Shown here: positions 34,026 to 46,949 of the stretch, piece after piece
Layout: each line of letters begins with the position of its first letter
Position numbering within the stretch: the first letter of the stretch is position 1
Assembly: GCA_025594325.1 (NCBI GenBank)
Contig: JANHCV010000011.1
Coordinates: 186,001-250,000 of the forward strand
Reading direction: 5' to 3'
Source: Blastocladiella emersonii ATCC 22665
Taxonomy: Eukaryota; Fungi; Blastocladiomycota
Length of the DNA: 64,000 bases
The notes under the pieces: model-generated
Told to the model about the DNA's origin: nothing
Seen by the model: only the letters and a program-made list of their open reading frames with translations
The model's database searches: none
Position numbers and translations under genes: made by a program

Positions 34026-34459
34026 GCGTGAGCGTGGGCGGCGTGTAATAAAGTTTGGGTGGCGGTCCTTAGTCAGCGTGCGAGACAAGAGGGCAAGAGG
34101 GAGAAGCGGTTGGCCAGCTGGACAAGCGAGCCCATTCGCGAAAAAATCGATCATGCGCGGGCACGTGAGCGGTTCCAGCGAAGTCGATGTGACTCGGCCA
34201 GCCGCCTCGCGGTCGCCCGCCGTCGCTGCGCGCCCCTCATCGCCGGCACAACGCTCCCTCCCTCCTGCCGTCTCGCTCGAAGACAACAACTGCATCCCGG
34301 TGCCGTTCTTGTACGCAGCGCGCCCGCCTACGCCCATGTATCTCGCGCTCGCCGGCTGACGAGACCCGCGCCGCCGCCCCGCTCGTGTATCATCGCATCG
34401 CCACCGCTCCCTCGACGCGCCTCGCTCCGTACCCGACCTCAGCTCACAAGCAACTCAAC

Positions 34460-35205
<746 letters not shown>

Positions 35206-35929
35206 AGATCCGGCCGTCTTGCGGTGGGCTGGGAGTCGTCGAGGGTCGGGGTGATGGTGGTCAACGTAGCCACGGCCGCGTCCGGCCACCCTCCCCGTGT
35301 CCCTTGCGACGTCCACTCCACCGCGACCGGAACGACGTCGAGTCTTGTTCAATAATGCAGTTTTTTGTGTTCGTCAACGTCATGTGTGTCTGTGTGCGAA
35401 AATGTGGAGGGGGAATTGGCGCCGACACAGCAGCACACATAGCCGTGTCAAGCCGCTCAGTCTCGGGCGCCGCCGCCGCCCGCCTCCTCGCCTCTGTCGT
35501 TTTTGTGAGAGATGGGAAGAAGGTATTATACACGTTGAGAACAAGTGAAAGTAAACTGCCGAGGTCTCGTAAGAAGGCGAGAAGGATGCTGCTGAAGGAG
35601 CTGCAAGACCGTGGCCATCTCCGCAAACTTGCCTCGGCTTCGTCGCGACAGTTTCCCTTGCTGTTCTGGCGTCTTCAAACTTTAACTTAAGGTTGCGCAT
35701 CGCCCTTCGAGGCACGCAGATCGGCAGATCATCGTCCGCATCAGAGCCTTCGCCGTCCAACGAGTCCGAGCGGGGAACCGTCGTGAGCGCCCATGTGGAA
35801 TCGGGGTGAGGGTAGGATACACCAAGTCAGGGGGTAAGACCGCGAGCTTTGCGCCAGGTTATAACCTCTCGACATACAATGTCGGTGCAGAATACAGAGT
35901 TGGCGAGCGGGTGAAAGCGGAAGCGGAAG

Positions 35930-36900
35930 CGACGACGCGGTGTGTTTCAGGGTAGGCGCCACACACATGATATCGAGACGCGTCTCTCAGCCTGTCTCGC
36001 AGGCGCACTCACCCAAGGTACGACACGAGCAACAGTGGAAGTTGGGTATCAACGAGTGTATAACATCAAAAACGAACGAAATCAATGGCAGCGGGCTGCT
36101 CGTCGTCGTTGGCAGAGGACTCGTCACGGAGCTCATCGACGACAACCTTGCCGCCCGCAACGGGGGCAGGAGCAGCACGCCGGGACAGTCGCGCCCTGAC
36201 TGCCGCCCACGCCAGACGAGTCGAGAGTGACGACGAAGAGCAGGACGACTTGTCCGCCGCTGGGCTCGGATGAGGGACGACCAGCGTGTCGTCCGAGCCC
36301 AGGTCGCCGCAGGCCGCGAACGGGGCCGGCGCGGCGAGCTCGGCGAACGGGTCGGCCGGGGCGGGCACCGTTGACTGCTTCGACCTGTTCGTGTCGCGCT
36401 TGCCGGGGCGCGGCACGATGCGAGGCAGGCGGGCCGTGAACTTGCTGAGTGCGTGCTTGACCGAGGCGACGGTCGAGGGCACGAGCGGCAGCTTGAACGC
36501 CTTCTCGGGCTTGTAGCACTAGTCCTCGCCAGCCATGGAAAGCGTGGCGAACGACGACGAGGACAGCTGCTGCTCGTGGGCCGAGAGGAGGAGGGCGGTC
36601 GAGGGGACCTTGGCGAGGGCGGAGAACATCATCATTTTTGGGATAGGCTCTGGAGGGCGGGCGGGCGCGAGCATTAGTCATGAAGGTTGGTGAGTGTTGC
36701 GTAAAGAGATGCGTACATGGATGAAAAAGGACCTAGGATGGAGAGCAGGAGAAGGAGGGCCGAGGGGCGGGCGATCTTTATAGGAGACAAGCGCGTGCAT
36801 TCAACGAAAGTCGGTTCAAGTCGAGCATGCATACAACGTTCATTTCCACCCCCGTGGCAGCGGCGATCACCCACGAGGCAGGGTGCGAGACATCACGGGG
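35930..36900 (-). repeat. ~1-kb dispersed repeat unit, copy C
   Basis: Same 5' and 3' anchors as copy A, including the perfect palindrome GAGACGCGTCTC. Not preceded by the stomatin gene. Confidence 0.85.
36066..36674 (-). pseudogene. Orphan ORF copy C with premature stop
   Basis: TAC (Tyr) of copy A is TAG here (36519-36521). The frame is otherwise continuous to IDFVRF. Confidence 0.75.
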
Positions 36901-37659
36901 TCGCGGGACAACCTTGCATCATCTCTTTGACTGCAGACAAGCATCCCTCGAAACTCGTACCCCAGCGCCTCGCTCATACGGATTGCGCCGCGGCACTGCG
37001 AAGAACTTGGTCCATCGATCACGCTTGTCTGCACCCTGACTTGTATTGTTGTTCACCCTGTCCTCGGCAGTAGTTCATAGGCGTGTGCTGCCTACGGCGA
37101 AGCGAGCAAGGTGTGGCGCATCGCGCTCGCGTCGGATCGGCCGCTGCTCCCTTCCCGCGGAGGGTCCTCACCCGCAAGCTCACCTCCGGCTCGAACGGCG
37201 TCGAGTAGCGGTTGTTGATGTCGGGTACGTCGACCGCGTGCACACGTTTGCCGAGATCAGTGCTCGGATCAGCCGATGATTTGGCCTTGGCGTTCCTCGT
37301 GTCACGGATCCAGCAACGCCCATACAATCCAAGCATGTCTTTCCTCACATGAAGACTCTGGAGTGGCAAGAGCTTCTCGCCGGAGCAAGTGGAAGGAGGG
37401 GCTCCGAGGCAGGGACTCACCGATCAAGGGCACCGAATTCGGACCGGTGGGAGTCGTTGGGTGCGCGCGCGAAGCGGTGAGTCCCCGAACGGCGGTTCCC
37501 ACGCGAACGCGTTCCGGCCGCCCGCCGCGCCCGCACGTACAAAACGGCGCCGCGTCCCTGTCCTCCCTCCCCGCGTTGACGTCAGCGCGTGCAACCGATC
37601 CGCCGCCCTGGTAGACTCGCAGCTCTCCGCACACCCTCCTCGACAGGGCGCCCGCCACC

Positions 37660-40600
37660 ATGAAGACTTCCCCCGCTGCCGCTGCACCCGAGCGCCCGCC
37701 GCCGGTCCCGCGCCTCGACGTGGCGGCGTACGCCAAGCAGCTGCTCGGTGCGACGTCGTACGCGGAGCGCGAGGCGCTGCGGCTCAAGCACGTCGGCCAC
37801 GAGAACGCGCTGCGCCAGCTGTTCGCGCAGCACCGCGACTCGGCGCCCGAGCTCGCCGACCCGCACGTCCTGCTCGTCCCGCTGCACGAGCTGCCGCCCG
37901 CCGCGCGCTGCGTGCCCACGGTGTTCGCCGACGAGCGCAAGCTGCCGTCCGTGTTCCCCAACAAGGACAAGCTCGGCGAGGGCAAGATCGCCATTGCCGA
38001 CCGCTCCGAGTTCGCCCTCAACTGGAAGCTGTACACGGCCGGCGCCCTCGACTGCCTCGACTGGAACAACCTGTTTGCCGCCGGCGGCGCCGTCCAGGCC
38101 TGCCTGTCGCACCTCGACCCCAAGCTCACGTACGGCGAGCGCCGCGACCACTTCCTCGACAAGTTCCCGTCGAGCGACGTCGACCTCTTCATCTACGGCC
38201 TCGACGAGGACGCCGCCAAGGAGAAGATGGAGCAGATCTACAACTCGATCATGGACGCGATTCCGTTCGAGGTCGTCGTGATTCGGTACGCTTTCTCGCT
38301 CGTTCGTGTTCCCCTCGAGGCGTCTCGCTGACCAGCACTGCCCCCGACGTAGCACCCCGCTCGCCTGCACCATCGTCTCGCAGTACCCGTACCGCCACGT
38401 CCAGATCGTGCTGCGCCTGTACAAGAGCCCCGCCGAGGTCATCATGGGCTTCGACGTGGACGCGTGCTCGGTCGGCTTCGACGGCACCCGCATCCTCGCC
38501 ACGCCGCGCGGCCACCTCGCCCTGCTCACCCAGACCAACTCGATCGACCTGACGCGCCGCTCGCTGACCTACGAGTCGCGCCTCGCCAAGTACGCGGCCC
38601 GCGGCTTCGAGGTGCGCGTGCCGTCGCTGCGCCGCGACGACGTGGACCCGCAGATCTACGAGCGCTCCTTTGACAAGGTGCGCGGCCTCGCGCGCCTGCT
38701 CCTCTTCGAGGCCATTGGGTCGCAGGAGAACCGCTTCGTCTACAAGGAGCAGCAGCGCGAGCGCAAGGGCCGCCCAGAGCACCCGAACGCCGGCCAGTTC
38801 GAGGCCCGCGCCCACCTCCGCCGCAGCGACCTCAAGGCCAAGGACGCGCTCGCCACGTCCGACTACGCCACGGTCCACCTGCCGTACGGGCCCGGCTACG
38901 ACGCGGCCCGCATCGTGCGCCAGCTCGCCAAGCGCGACCGTACGTGGAACTTCTGCTGCTTTGACCATGGCCGCCGACCACAGCCACTGACCTCCTCCAC
39001 CCACCCCTAAATTCCAGGCCAGCTCTGCAATGACTACGTGATGCGCAAGCGCGGCGTCAAGGTGCACACGCACCCGACCTTTTTCGGCACCATGCAGGAG
39101 GTGCTCGTCGACGCGTGCGGCGAGTGCCCGCCCGCGGGGCCCGAGGACGCCGCCGACCTCGAGGGGTTCGTGCACGGCCCGCTGCGCTTCATCACCGACG
39201 ACCCGGGCCGCCAGTCGATCGGCTCGTTCCACCCGATCACGGACGAGGAGTGGACCGCCGACGCGTACATCACGGCCGAGCGCGAGCCGCTCATCACGGC
39301 GGTCGCGCGCGGCGACGTCCCCGCGGCCCGCGCCATCCTCGACGCGCAGGGCGCCGACTACGACCTCGAGTCCCGCGACTGGGTCGGTCGCACCCCGCTG
39401 CACGTCGCTATCCTCTGCGCCCGTACCGCCATGGTCGAGTTCCTGATCGAGCGCGGCGCTCGCGTCTCGGCCCCGCTGCCCGACGGACGGCTCCCGATCC
39501 ACGTCGCCGCCGAGTACGGGCTCGCTGATATCGCCGAGCTCGTCTGGGCCCGCAACCTCAAGAACCGCGCCGAGCTCGAGGCTCAGGGCAAGGCTGTCGG
39601 CGACCACGACGAGGACGACGACGCCAAGAAGGAGGGCAAGGCCGGGTCCGCGTCTGGCTCGGACGAGGACGGCTCGGACCCTGACGGCTCGGACGCTGAC
39701 GGCTCGGACGCTGACGGCTCGGACGACGGTGACGATGACGATGACGACGAGGAGGAGAACAAGGACGAGTCCATGGACGAGGACGGCGAGCCCAGGCCGA
39801 AAAAGGACAAGAAGAAGAAGAAGGTCGAGCCCGCGCCCAAGGAGAAGGCTGAGGAGGAGGAGCCCGACGTGTTTGGCATCCAGACGCGTTGCTGGGACTA
39901 CGGGCTTGCGCCGATCCACTCCGCGGTGCTGTACGGCCACCTCGACCTCGTGCGCTGGCTGCTCGACCACGGCGCGTCGCCCAACCGCAAGTACAAGATG
40001 GCCGCGCGGTGGTCGCGCAACGAGAACGCGACGCTCGCGCTCGCGCACCTGACGCCCGACCCCGCCGTCGGCATGGCGATCGCCGAGCTGCTCCTCGAGC
40101 GGGGCGCCGAGGTCGACCAGGCCGTCCTCCAGGCCACCATCAACGACCAGGCCAAGGACTTCTTCGTCCGCTACGTCAAGCACTCGGACGACGCCCTCAA
40201 GCAGCTCGACGACCTCGTCCTGGCCGTCATCCGCACCAAGGACGCGGCGCTGCTGCGCGAGGTGATTGCGCTCGGCGCCACGGTCAAGTTCGACGCGGCG
40301 TGGGCGGCCAAGAAGTTCGGCATCTTGCTCGGGCAGGCCGAGGGGCGCCTCGAGATGATGAGCCTGACGGCGCCGCTCATCGAGGCCATTGGCCGCTACG
40401 ACACGCCCAACCCCGAGATTGTGCAGATCCTGCTCGAGGCCGGCGCCGACGTCAATGTGCGGCAGTACCGGTGGGGCGGGTCGGACCTCATGGACGAGGT
40501 GTGCGATATGGTCGTCGAGGCGGGCAACTCGCTCGGGTACTACCTGACCGCGCCGACGGGCGAGGAGCCCGACCGCAAGGCCAACGAGGAGCGCACGCGC

Positions 40601-43357
40601 GCCCTCAAGACGCTGGCGTTGTACGACGACTACGTGCGCGAGCGCCGGTCGCCCGTGTCGACCAAGCCCCGGTCCACGGTGCGCGTCTCGGTCGCCGACT
40701 CGGCCAAGCTGCAGAACGAGTCGCTCGTCCAGTGCCACGAGAAGCTCGTCGCCCTGCGCAAGATCTACGACATGCTCCACAAGGCCGGCGCGCGCCCGTC
40801 GTCGACGCCCAACCCGCTCCACGCCATGCCGACGGTCGAGGAGGCCCTCACGCTCGCCATCGAGCCGCTCGGCCCCGCGCTCCTCGCGCTGCCGACGCCG
40901 CAGGCGCTCGCCCTCGAGCGCGTCAAGAAGCACTCGGCGGCCGCGGCCGCGGCCGAGGCGGGCACGGACACGTCGCGCCTCGACGCCGTCAAGGCCGCGC
41001 GCGAGCTGCGCCGCGAGGCCAAGTACACGCTGCTGACGACGCGCCCCGGCAAGGCGACCGTGATCCCGGACGCCGAACACAAGGAGTACCACGCGCTGTT
41101 CGAGCTCGTGTGGAAGGGCGACGCGGCGCGCGTCGAGCAACACGCCCGCGACAAGCGCGTCCTCGTGACGTGCGCCAACGAGTGGGGCGAGTCGCCGCTC
41201 GCCATTGCCATTGTCCGCCAGCACACGGCCGTCATCGGCGCGCTCATCAAGCTCGCGCGCGAGCAGTACCAGGCCGAGGTCAAGCCCGCCGCGGGCAAGC
41301 CCAAGGTCAAGCTCCTCAACAACTACGACCTCGACTCGGACAAGGGGTCCGACGACGACTCGGGCGACTCGGACGATGGCGGCCACGGCGACGACTTGGA
41401 CGAGGCCGAGGAGAGCGACGAGGACGGCGAGGCCGAGGAGGCGCGGCGCGCGGCCAAGCACGTGCGGCTGACGCACTCGCTGACGGACGTCAAGGAGTTC
41501 CTCACGCGCAACTACGCGTTCCCGTGCATTGCCGAGGACGCGCGGTCGTACGTGCACCCGCTCGAGCACATGGTGCTGACCGGGTGGGTCGACGGGCTGC
41601 GCGCGCTGGTTGCGGCGATCCACGAGGCCGCGGCCGCGGGCGACCTCAAGTACGGGTGGGAGTCGCTCAAGCAGTCGGGCATCGAGTTTGTCGCCGGCGA
41701 CCTCGCCCAGGACCTCGTTTCGGGCCACGTCGGCGACTCGCTCACGGACGCTGCGCGGTTCACGTCGTCGGCGTCGCCCATGGTGCTCGCGCTGCAGCTC
41801 GGCGACATTAACGTGGTGCGCGCGCTCGTCCAGGAGACGCTCGGCGGGTTCCAGATGTGCATCTTCCACCACGTCGACGGCCGGCTCGCCGAGGTCAAGT
41901 CGCGCATGCAGTTCAAGTCCGAGTATGGCGGGCTCAGCGCCGCCAAGCGGTACATGGGCCGTCCCGGCGGGCACCACGGCGGGGCTCGGTTCACGCCGCG
42001 CGCGAAGAAGGTCGAGTTCGACCCCGAGATCTCGTACTGGGCCTTCTTTGCGGCGGCGGCCAAGGAGCCGCGCACGCTCGAGTACCTGGCGTCGCAGCAC
42101 GCGCGCGACGACATTGACGCGTTCGTGGCCAAGTACGCGCCGCGCGGCGACGCGCGCGCCGTCGAGCTGCAGGACGCGGCGGTCCGCGACCGGTTCAAGC
42201 AGCATGCGCTGTTGCTGACGGGCGACTCGCGCGGCGCGGGCAAGTCGACGATCCTGCACTACCTGGTCGAGGCGACGGCGACGGCGCCAATGCTCGACAC
42301 GCTCGCGGCGCTGATCCCGCGCGACCAGTACAAGGCGCTCGTCAACCAGCGCGACGCCAACGGCACCACGCCGCTGTATGCGGCCGTCGCCGTGCACCCG
42401 TCGCGCCGCGCCGTCGGCAAGCTCCTGCAGCAGGGCGCCGACCCGCTCGCCGTGTGCGGCGGCACGCGCCAGTGGACGGCGCTGCACCGCGCGTGCTACC
42501 AGACCGGCACCAAGGCCGGCGTGCTCGCTCGCCCGTTCATCAACCACTGCTCGCTCGCGACCATGGTCAAGCTGCTGTCGGCCAAGTCGTCCGTCTACGG
42601 CCACACGCCGCTCGCGCTCGCCATGCTGCACGGCAACTCGGGCATGGTGCGCGACCTCGTCGAGTACGTGCAGATGCACGCGGCAGCGATCCGCGCGATC
42701 GACGCCGACTTTTCGGTCGTCGTCGCCGACGTGGCCGCCAACTCGCCCGTCCACCACGCGGTCGTCCAGTCCAACGTCGAGGTCCTGCACACGCTCGCGC
42801 TCCTCGCGCCGCCCGCCTCGCACGCGGCGTGGACCGCCGAGAACGCGGACGGCATGACGCCCGCGGCCCACGCCATGCACCAGCTGCGCCACGCGCTCGC
42901 CGAGAACAAGTCGGCCGAGATCGCCGCGTCGATCCGCAGCCCCACCACGCGCGTCGACCGGTACCTCGATCTCGCCGACGAGACGGACGACGACGACGAC
43001 GAGGACGAGGTCGAGGGCGGCGAGGAGGCCAAGCCCACGCCCGAGCACCAAAAGCCGCACAAGCACGACGCGCTGCGCAACGACGCGGTCCAGACGTACC
43101 TCGCCATCAAGGCGCACGGGCTCCTGCGCCGCGACCGGCTCGGCGACCGCGCCCTCGCCCCGCTCACGGCGGCGCGTGGCGTCGCGCGGATGGTCGCGGG
43201 TGTCGTGCGCGACGGCAAGCTCGACGAGCACGCTAAGCTCCGCGAACACGCGGCCGAGCCGTACCGCACGACCGCGACGCCGCGGGTCGAGGTGCTGGGC
43301 GCGGTCAAGGTCGGCAAGATGTTGCGCGCCAAGAAGGCGGCGGCGAAGAAGGCGTGA
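37660..43357 (+). CDS. ~1,850-aa protein: N-terminal nucleotidyltransferase-like domain, acidic linker, many ankyrin repeats; introns 38286-38352 and 38940-39017
   Basis: Exons 626+587+4340 nt = 1851 codons. LFAAGGAV...SDVDLFIYG, GFDVDACSVGFDG, IDLTRRSLTYESRL. Ankyrin motifs GRTPLHVA, GRLPIHVAAEYG, GLAPIHSAVLYGH, GESPLAIA, GTTPLYAA, GHTPLALA, GMTPAAHA. Confidence 0.85.
39670..39726 (+). repeat. In-frame 15-nt tandem repeat GGCTCGGAC(C/G)CTGAC encoding GSD(P/A)D in the acidic linker
   Basis: Three full copies and one partial copy read directly. Confidence 0.8.
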
Positions 43358-43493
43358 GGTTTATGGCATTTTCACGATGATTTATTGCACGTTTGTTTTT
43401 GCTTTCAACGGCCTTGGTTTGGTCAGGGCGGCGGCCATGGTCGCGGTCTAGGTAAGGTGGTGGTCGTGGTCAGCTCACCGTGGCCATGACCAC

Positions 43494-43519
43494 GGCCATG
43501 GCCATGGCCATGGCCATGG
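43494..43519. repeat. Self-complementary hexamer microsatellite (GGCCAT)4; 24-bp perfect palindrome 43496-43519
   Basis: CCATGGCCATGGCCATGGCCATGG equals its own reverse complement. Confidence 0.85.
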
Positions 43520-44023
43520 TCGCGACCCCGACTTCGTTCGTGCTCTTGGCCCCCGCGATCCCGACACAGCTGCTTCACGAAACGCACAGCACAACACAAC
43601 TTGGTAACTGATCCAAGAAAGCGCCGCATCGGGGCGCCCGCTGAATCCATTCCAATCGCTCGACAGACATCGGCATACATCAAGATACGGGGACGGGTGG
43701 GGTGGGGGAGGGAAATGACGGAGAACACACAGAAGGGGAATGACAACAAACAACATCGACGACAGCCACCACGACCAGGCGGACCGGTCCCGCCCCGACA
43801 GCAAAGCGCGGCCGTCGTGGCCAGCAACCCGCTGCTGCTGCTGCTGCGGCGCCCGGGATAGCCCTGGTCGGCGGCTCGGCGGCCCGTAGCCGCTCGCCCT
43901 GGCGAGCCAAGGCGACGGCGGCAATGGCGGTGCGGAGCCGCAGCGCCAACACACGCGCGCGCGCGGACACGGAACCGGAACAGCTCCGTGGGCGAGCGCG
44001 AGCGCGACCGCGGGGGCCGGGGG

Positions 44024-45616
44024 CTACGGCGCGACGTCGGCGCTTTGCGGCGCGCCGTGCGCGTTGTGATAATGATGGAGGTGGTGGTGGTGCGCGTGCG
44101 CAGCAGCAGCAGCGCGCATGCGCTCGACGCGGGCGGTACCGGCATCTGCGGCAGCGGACACGGGGCCACGTGCGGTGGCCGGTCGGGCGTACGGCGATGA
44201 CGCGACAGCGGGTGCGCGGGGTTTCGCCACCGCGGCCGCGGTAGCAGCTGCGCCGGGCCCGCCGACGACGAGTGTGCCCGCAGCGACGGCGGCGGCCGCG
44301 GCGCCGCACCAGTACCGGTGGCCGTGGTTCCACGCGGCGACCTGGCACTCGCGCGAGCAGTAGAATGCGGCGCGGCACCCGGTGCACCGTGCGAACGGGC
44401 GGACCGACGACTCGGTGCGGGCGCACGCGAGGTTGGCGCACGCGCGGTGCAGGGTGCCGGGGGCGGGCGTGTCCGAGAGCTGCGGGTGAGCACCGGCCGC
44501 CGGCGAGGCCGCCTCGGCAACCACGCTGCCGAGCGACTGGACCATGATGGCGGTCGCGAGCTCGCGGATGGGGGCGACGGGGTGCGCGACGAGCGACTGG
44601 ACGAGCGCGAACCCGGACGGCTGCTGCTGCGGCGCACCGCCTGCCGGCTTGGCGGCGGACAGGGCGACGGGGCGGCGCAGGTAGGCGCGGACGGCCGGGT
44701 AGGGCACGAGCGCGGACAGGAGCTGCAGGGTGAGGCGGATGTCCTGGTGCTGCTCGATCTCGAGCGGCGTGGTGCGCGAGTGCGGCGCGGGCGGCGCCGT
44801 GGCCGAGGCCAGGACCGCGGCGCGCGACGGGTCCACGATCGTCACGGGCACCACGTCCATGGGGTCGTCGGGCCGGATGATGGTGACAGTCGGGGCGTCG
44901 CCATTGGTAAAAGAAGGTAAAGGTGATGTAGCGGCGGCGGCGGCGGGGTTCACGGCGGCCAGCGGCGATGGGGCGGGACGTGTCGTCGTCGTCGGCGCGG
45001 GCGCGCGCGGCGGAACTCGAGGTCCGGGCGCCGGCGCGGGGGACGCTGGAGATGCAGCAGCATCGGCGACAGGGCGGGCGACGGGCGCGCCGTGGGCGGC
45101 GGCGGCGGCGGAGGGCGCAGCAGCAACGGACAGCAGCTGCTGGCGGGGCGCGACGGCGGCCGGGTCCGCCCCGCCGGCGGCGCCAGCGCGGCGCGCGTGG
45201 GCGGCAGCGGCATCGGCGACGATCTTGTGTGCGTGTGCCGTGGCCGAGGCGGCGAACGAGGCGACGATGCGGAGAGCGAGCGGGAGGACGCCGAGCTTGG
45301 CGACGGCGAGGCGCTGGTCGTGGGCGCCGTGGACGGCAAACTCGACGAGGGCCTTGAAGGCGGCGATCCAGAGCAGCTTGCGGCGGGTGTCGGTGGGCTG
45401 GGTGCGGTGCAGGATGGCGACGAGCATCTCGAGGCCGCCGTCGGCGAGCATGCGTGCGCGGACCGAGGGCGTGGTGCGGACCAGGGCGGCGAGCGAGATG
45501 CACGTGTGGGTGAGCGGCAGCACCGCGAGCGTGTCGAGGGCGCGCCGGTCATAGGTGGTCGCGGTGATGGTACACGTGGCGCGATTGAGGAGGAGGTCGG
45601 GCACGTCCTTGCGCAT
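44024..45616 (-). CDS. MUB1: MYND zinc-finger protein samB/Mub1
   Basis: N-terminal ITATTYDRRALD...DGGLEMLVAILH matches the samB/Mub1 signature. MYND CANLAC...CTGC...YCSRECQVAAWNHGHRYWC. Confidence 0.85.
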   Translation of the reverse strand: MRKDVPDLLLNRATCTITATTYDRRALDTLAVLPLTHTCISLAALVRTTPSVRARMLADGGLEMLVAILHRTQPTDTRRKLLWIAAFKALVEFAVHGAHDQRLAVAKLGVLPLALRIVASFAASATAHAHKIVADAAAAHARRAGAAGGADPAAVAPRQQLLSVAAAPSAAAAAHGAPVARPVADAAASPASPAPAPGPRVPPRAPAPTTTTRPAPSPLAAVNPAAAAATSPLPSFTNGDAPTVTIIRPDDPMDVVPVTIVDPSRAAVLASATAPPAPHSRTTPLEIEQHQDIRLTLQLLSALVPYPAVRAYLRRPVALSAAKPAGGAPQQQPSGFALVQSLVAHPVAPIRELATAIMVQSLGSVVAEAASPAAGAHPQLSDTPAPGTLHRACANLACARTESSVRPFARCTGCRAAFYCSRECQVAAWNHGHRYWCGAAAAAVAAGTLVVGGPGAAATAAAVAKPRAPAVASSPYARPATARGPVSAAADAGTARVERMRAAAAAHAHHHHLHHYHNAHGAPQSADVAP

Positions 45617-46949
45617 CGTGGTGGCACAGGGGGCAGAGGGGGAGAGAGGGGAGGAGGGTGGGGGAGGAGGGAGGAGGGCGGGGAGGGGAAGGGAGGGATG
45701 GGGTGTTGAAGGAAGAGCGACGCACACGCCAAGGCGAGTGAATCGAATGACAAATGACGAGGTGGAGGTCGAGGGCGAGGGACCCGCCTTCGAGAACGAA
45801 GCGAACAAACGAGGTGACCAGCTCGATCAAGCCCACACGTCACGGCCGGCGGGTCGGAGTGACGCCGTCGCCGCGGAGAGGACCCGTGAGGCGCGCCGCC
45901 CGCTCAGCAGTCCGAGCCGAAATCGGCGTCGTCGCCGCCTTCTTCTTCGTCGCAACCACGGCGGCAGGAATCGGTGCAGCGGCGGAGGGGAGAGGACGAG
46001 GACGAGCAGAAGACGGCGGGGGCACGGGGAGCAAGGGCAGAGAACGGGCGGGCGCGCGGCGCAATGGCAATCGACGACATGCGCGGATTCGGGGGGAGTG
46101 GGGGGGAGGGGCGGGTGGGCGTAGTGCGAGTGGCGGGGGGGTTGGTGTGTGGGTGGCTCGGTCGTCTGGCCGGGGGTCGAATGAGCGCGGTTCCAGATGA
46201 GCGAGGCGGGGTCGGTGGTCGAAGGCGGTTACAGCGGAATGGGTCGGTGTCGAGGGCGGCGAGGAGCGTCGAATGCAGCGAGTGGCGGGCGAGTGCGGCG
46301 TGGTGTGCGTCGCGGTTGTGGTGTGAAGGGGGGTGATATTGGGGCGTGCGGCGGGGAGCGAGGACCGGCTCCGATGGGTGCGCGGCCTGGTCGTGGCGCC
46401 GTGCCCGCACGACGGCCGAGTTGACTCACACCGCCATCCTCGCCCCATTTCGACTTCCACCCCACCTCGCGGTCCTGAGACCCACGGCGTCCGCGTCATC
46501 CTCTCGCCACCGCGTGCAGTCGACCGCGTCCCTGACGGCCGCGTGAGGGGGCGCGTGCCAGCGTGGCGTGGCGACGGTGACACAGCTCGTCGCCGCCGCC
46601 TCACGTCAGCTGCCTATCCTCCTCACTCAGACGACCGAGGCGTCGGGATCGCTCACAGCAGCAGCGTGGTCTTGACGCTTCTCCGAGTGACGCTGTCCGG
46701 CCCAAGGAGCGGGCCGTGAGGCGAGCCGCGGCCGTGGTCCGTCGGCCTTGACTGACCCGTTCGTCGGACCATTGCTCGCGGCGTCCGGGTGAATCGAACG
46801 ATGGGCGGGAGAGAGGACGATGTGGACGTGTGCAATTGTGTGAATCAAAAACTGGACAGTGGGATGAGGATGCGTGTGCGATGGCCACGGACGCGATGCG
46901 TCGCGTCGCGGCCACCTTCTAGCGGAACAAAAACCGACCCGACCGACGC

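Noticed and set aside
35380-35760. 126-aa minus-strand ORF after UBC4
   Set aside because: Non-ATG start, atypical codon usage, no motifs; it runs into the probable UBC4 3' region.
38249-43249. 1,666-aa minus-strand ORF and other long antisense or alternate-frame ORFs (21849-24356, 12938-14182, 17512-19038, 2788-3246)
   Set aside because: Shadow frames of genes with strong GC3 bias. They lie exactly opposite recognisable genes and have no motifs.
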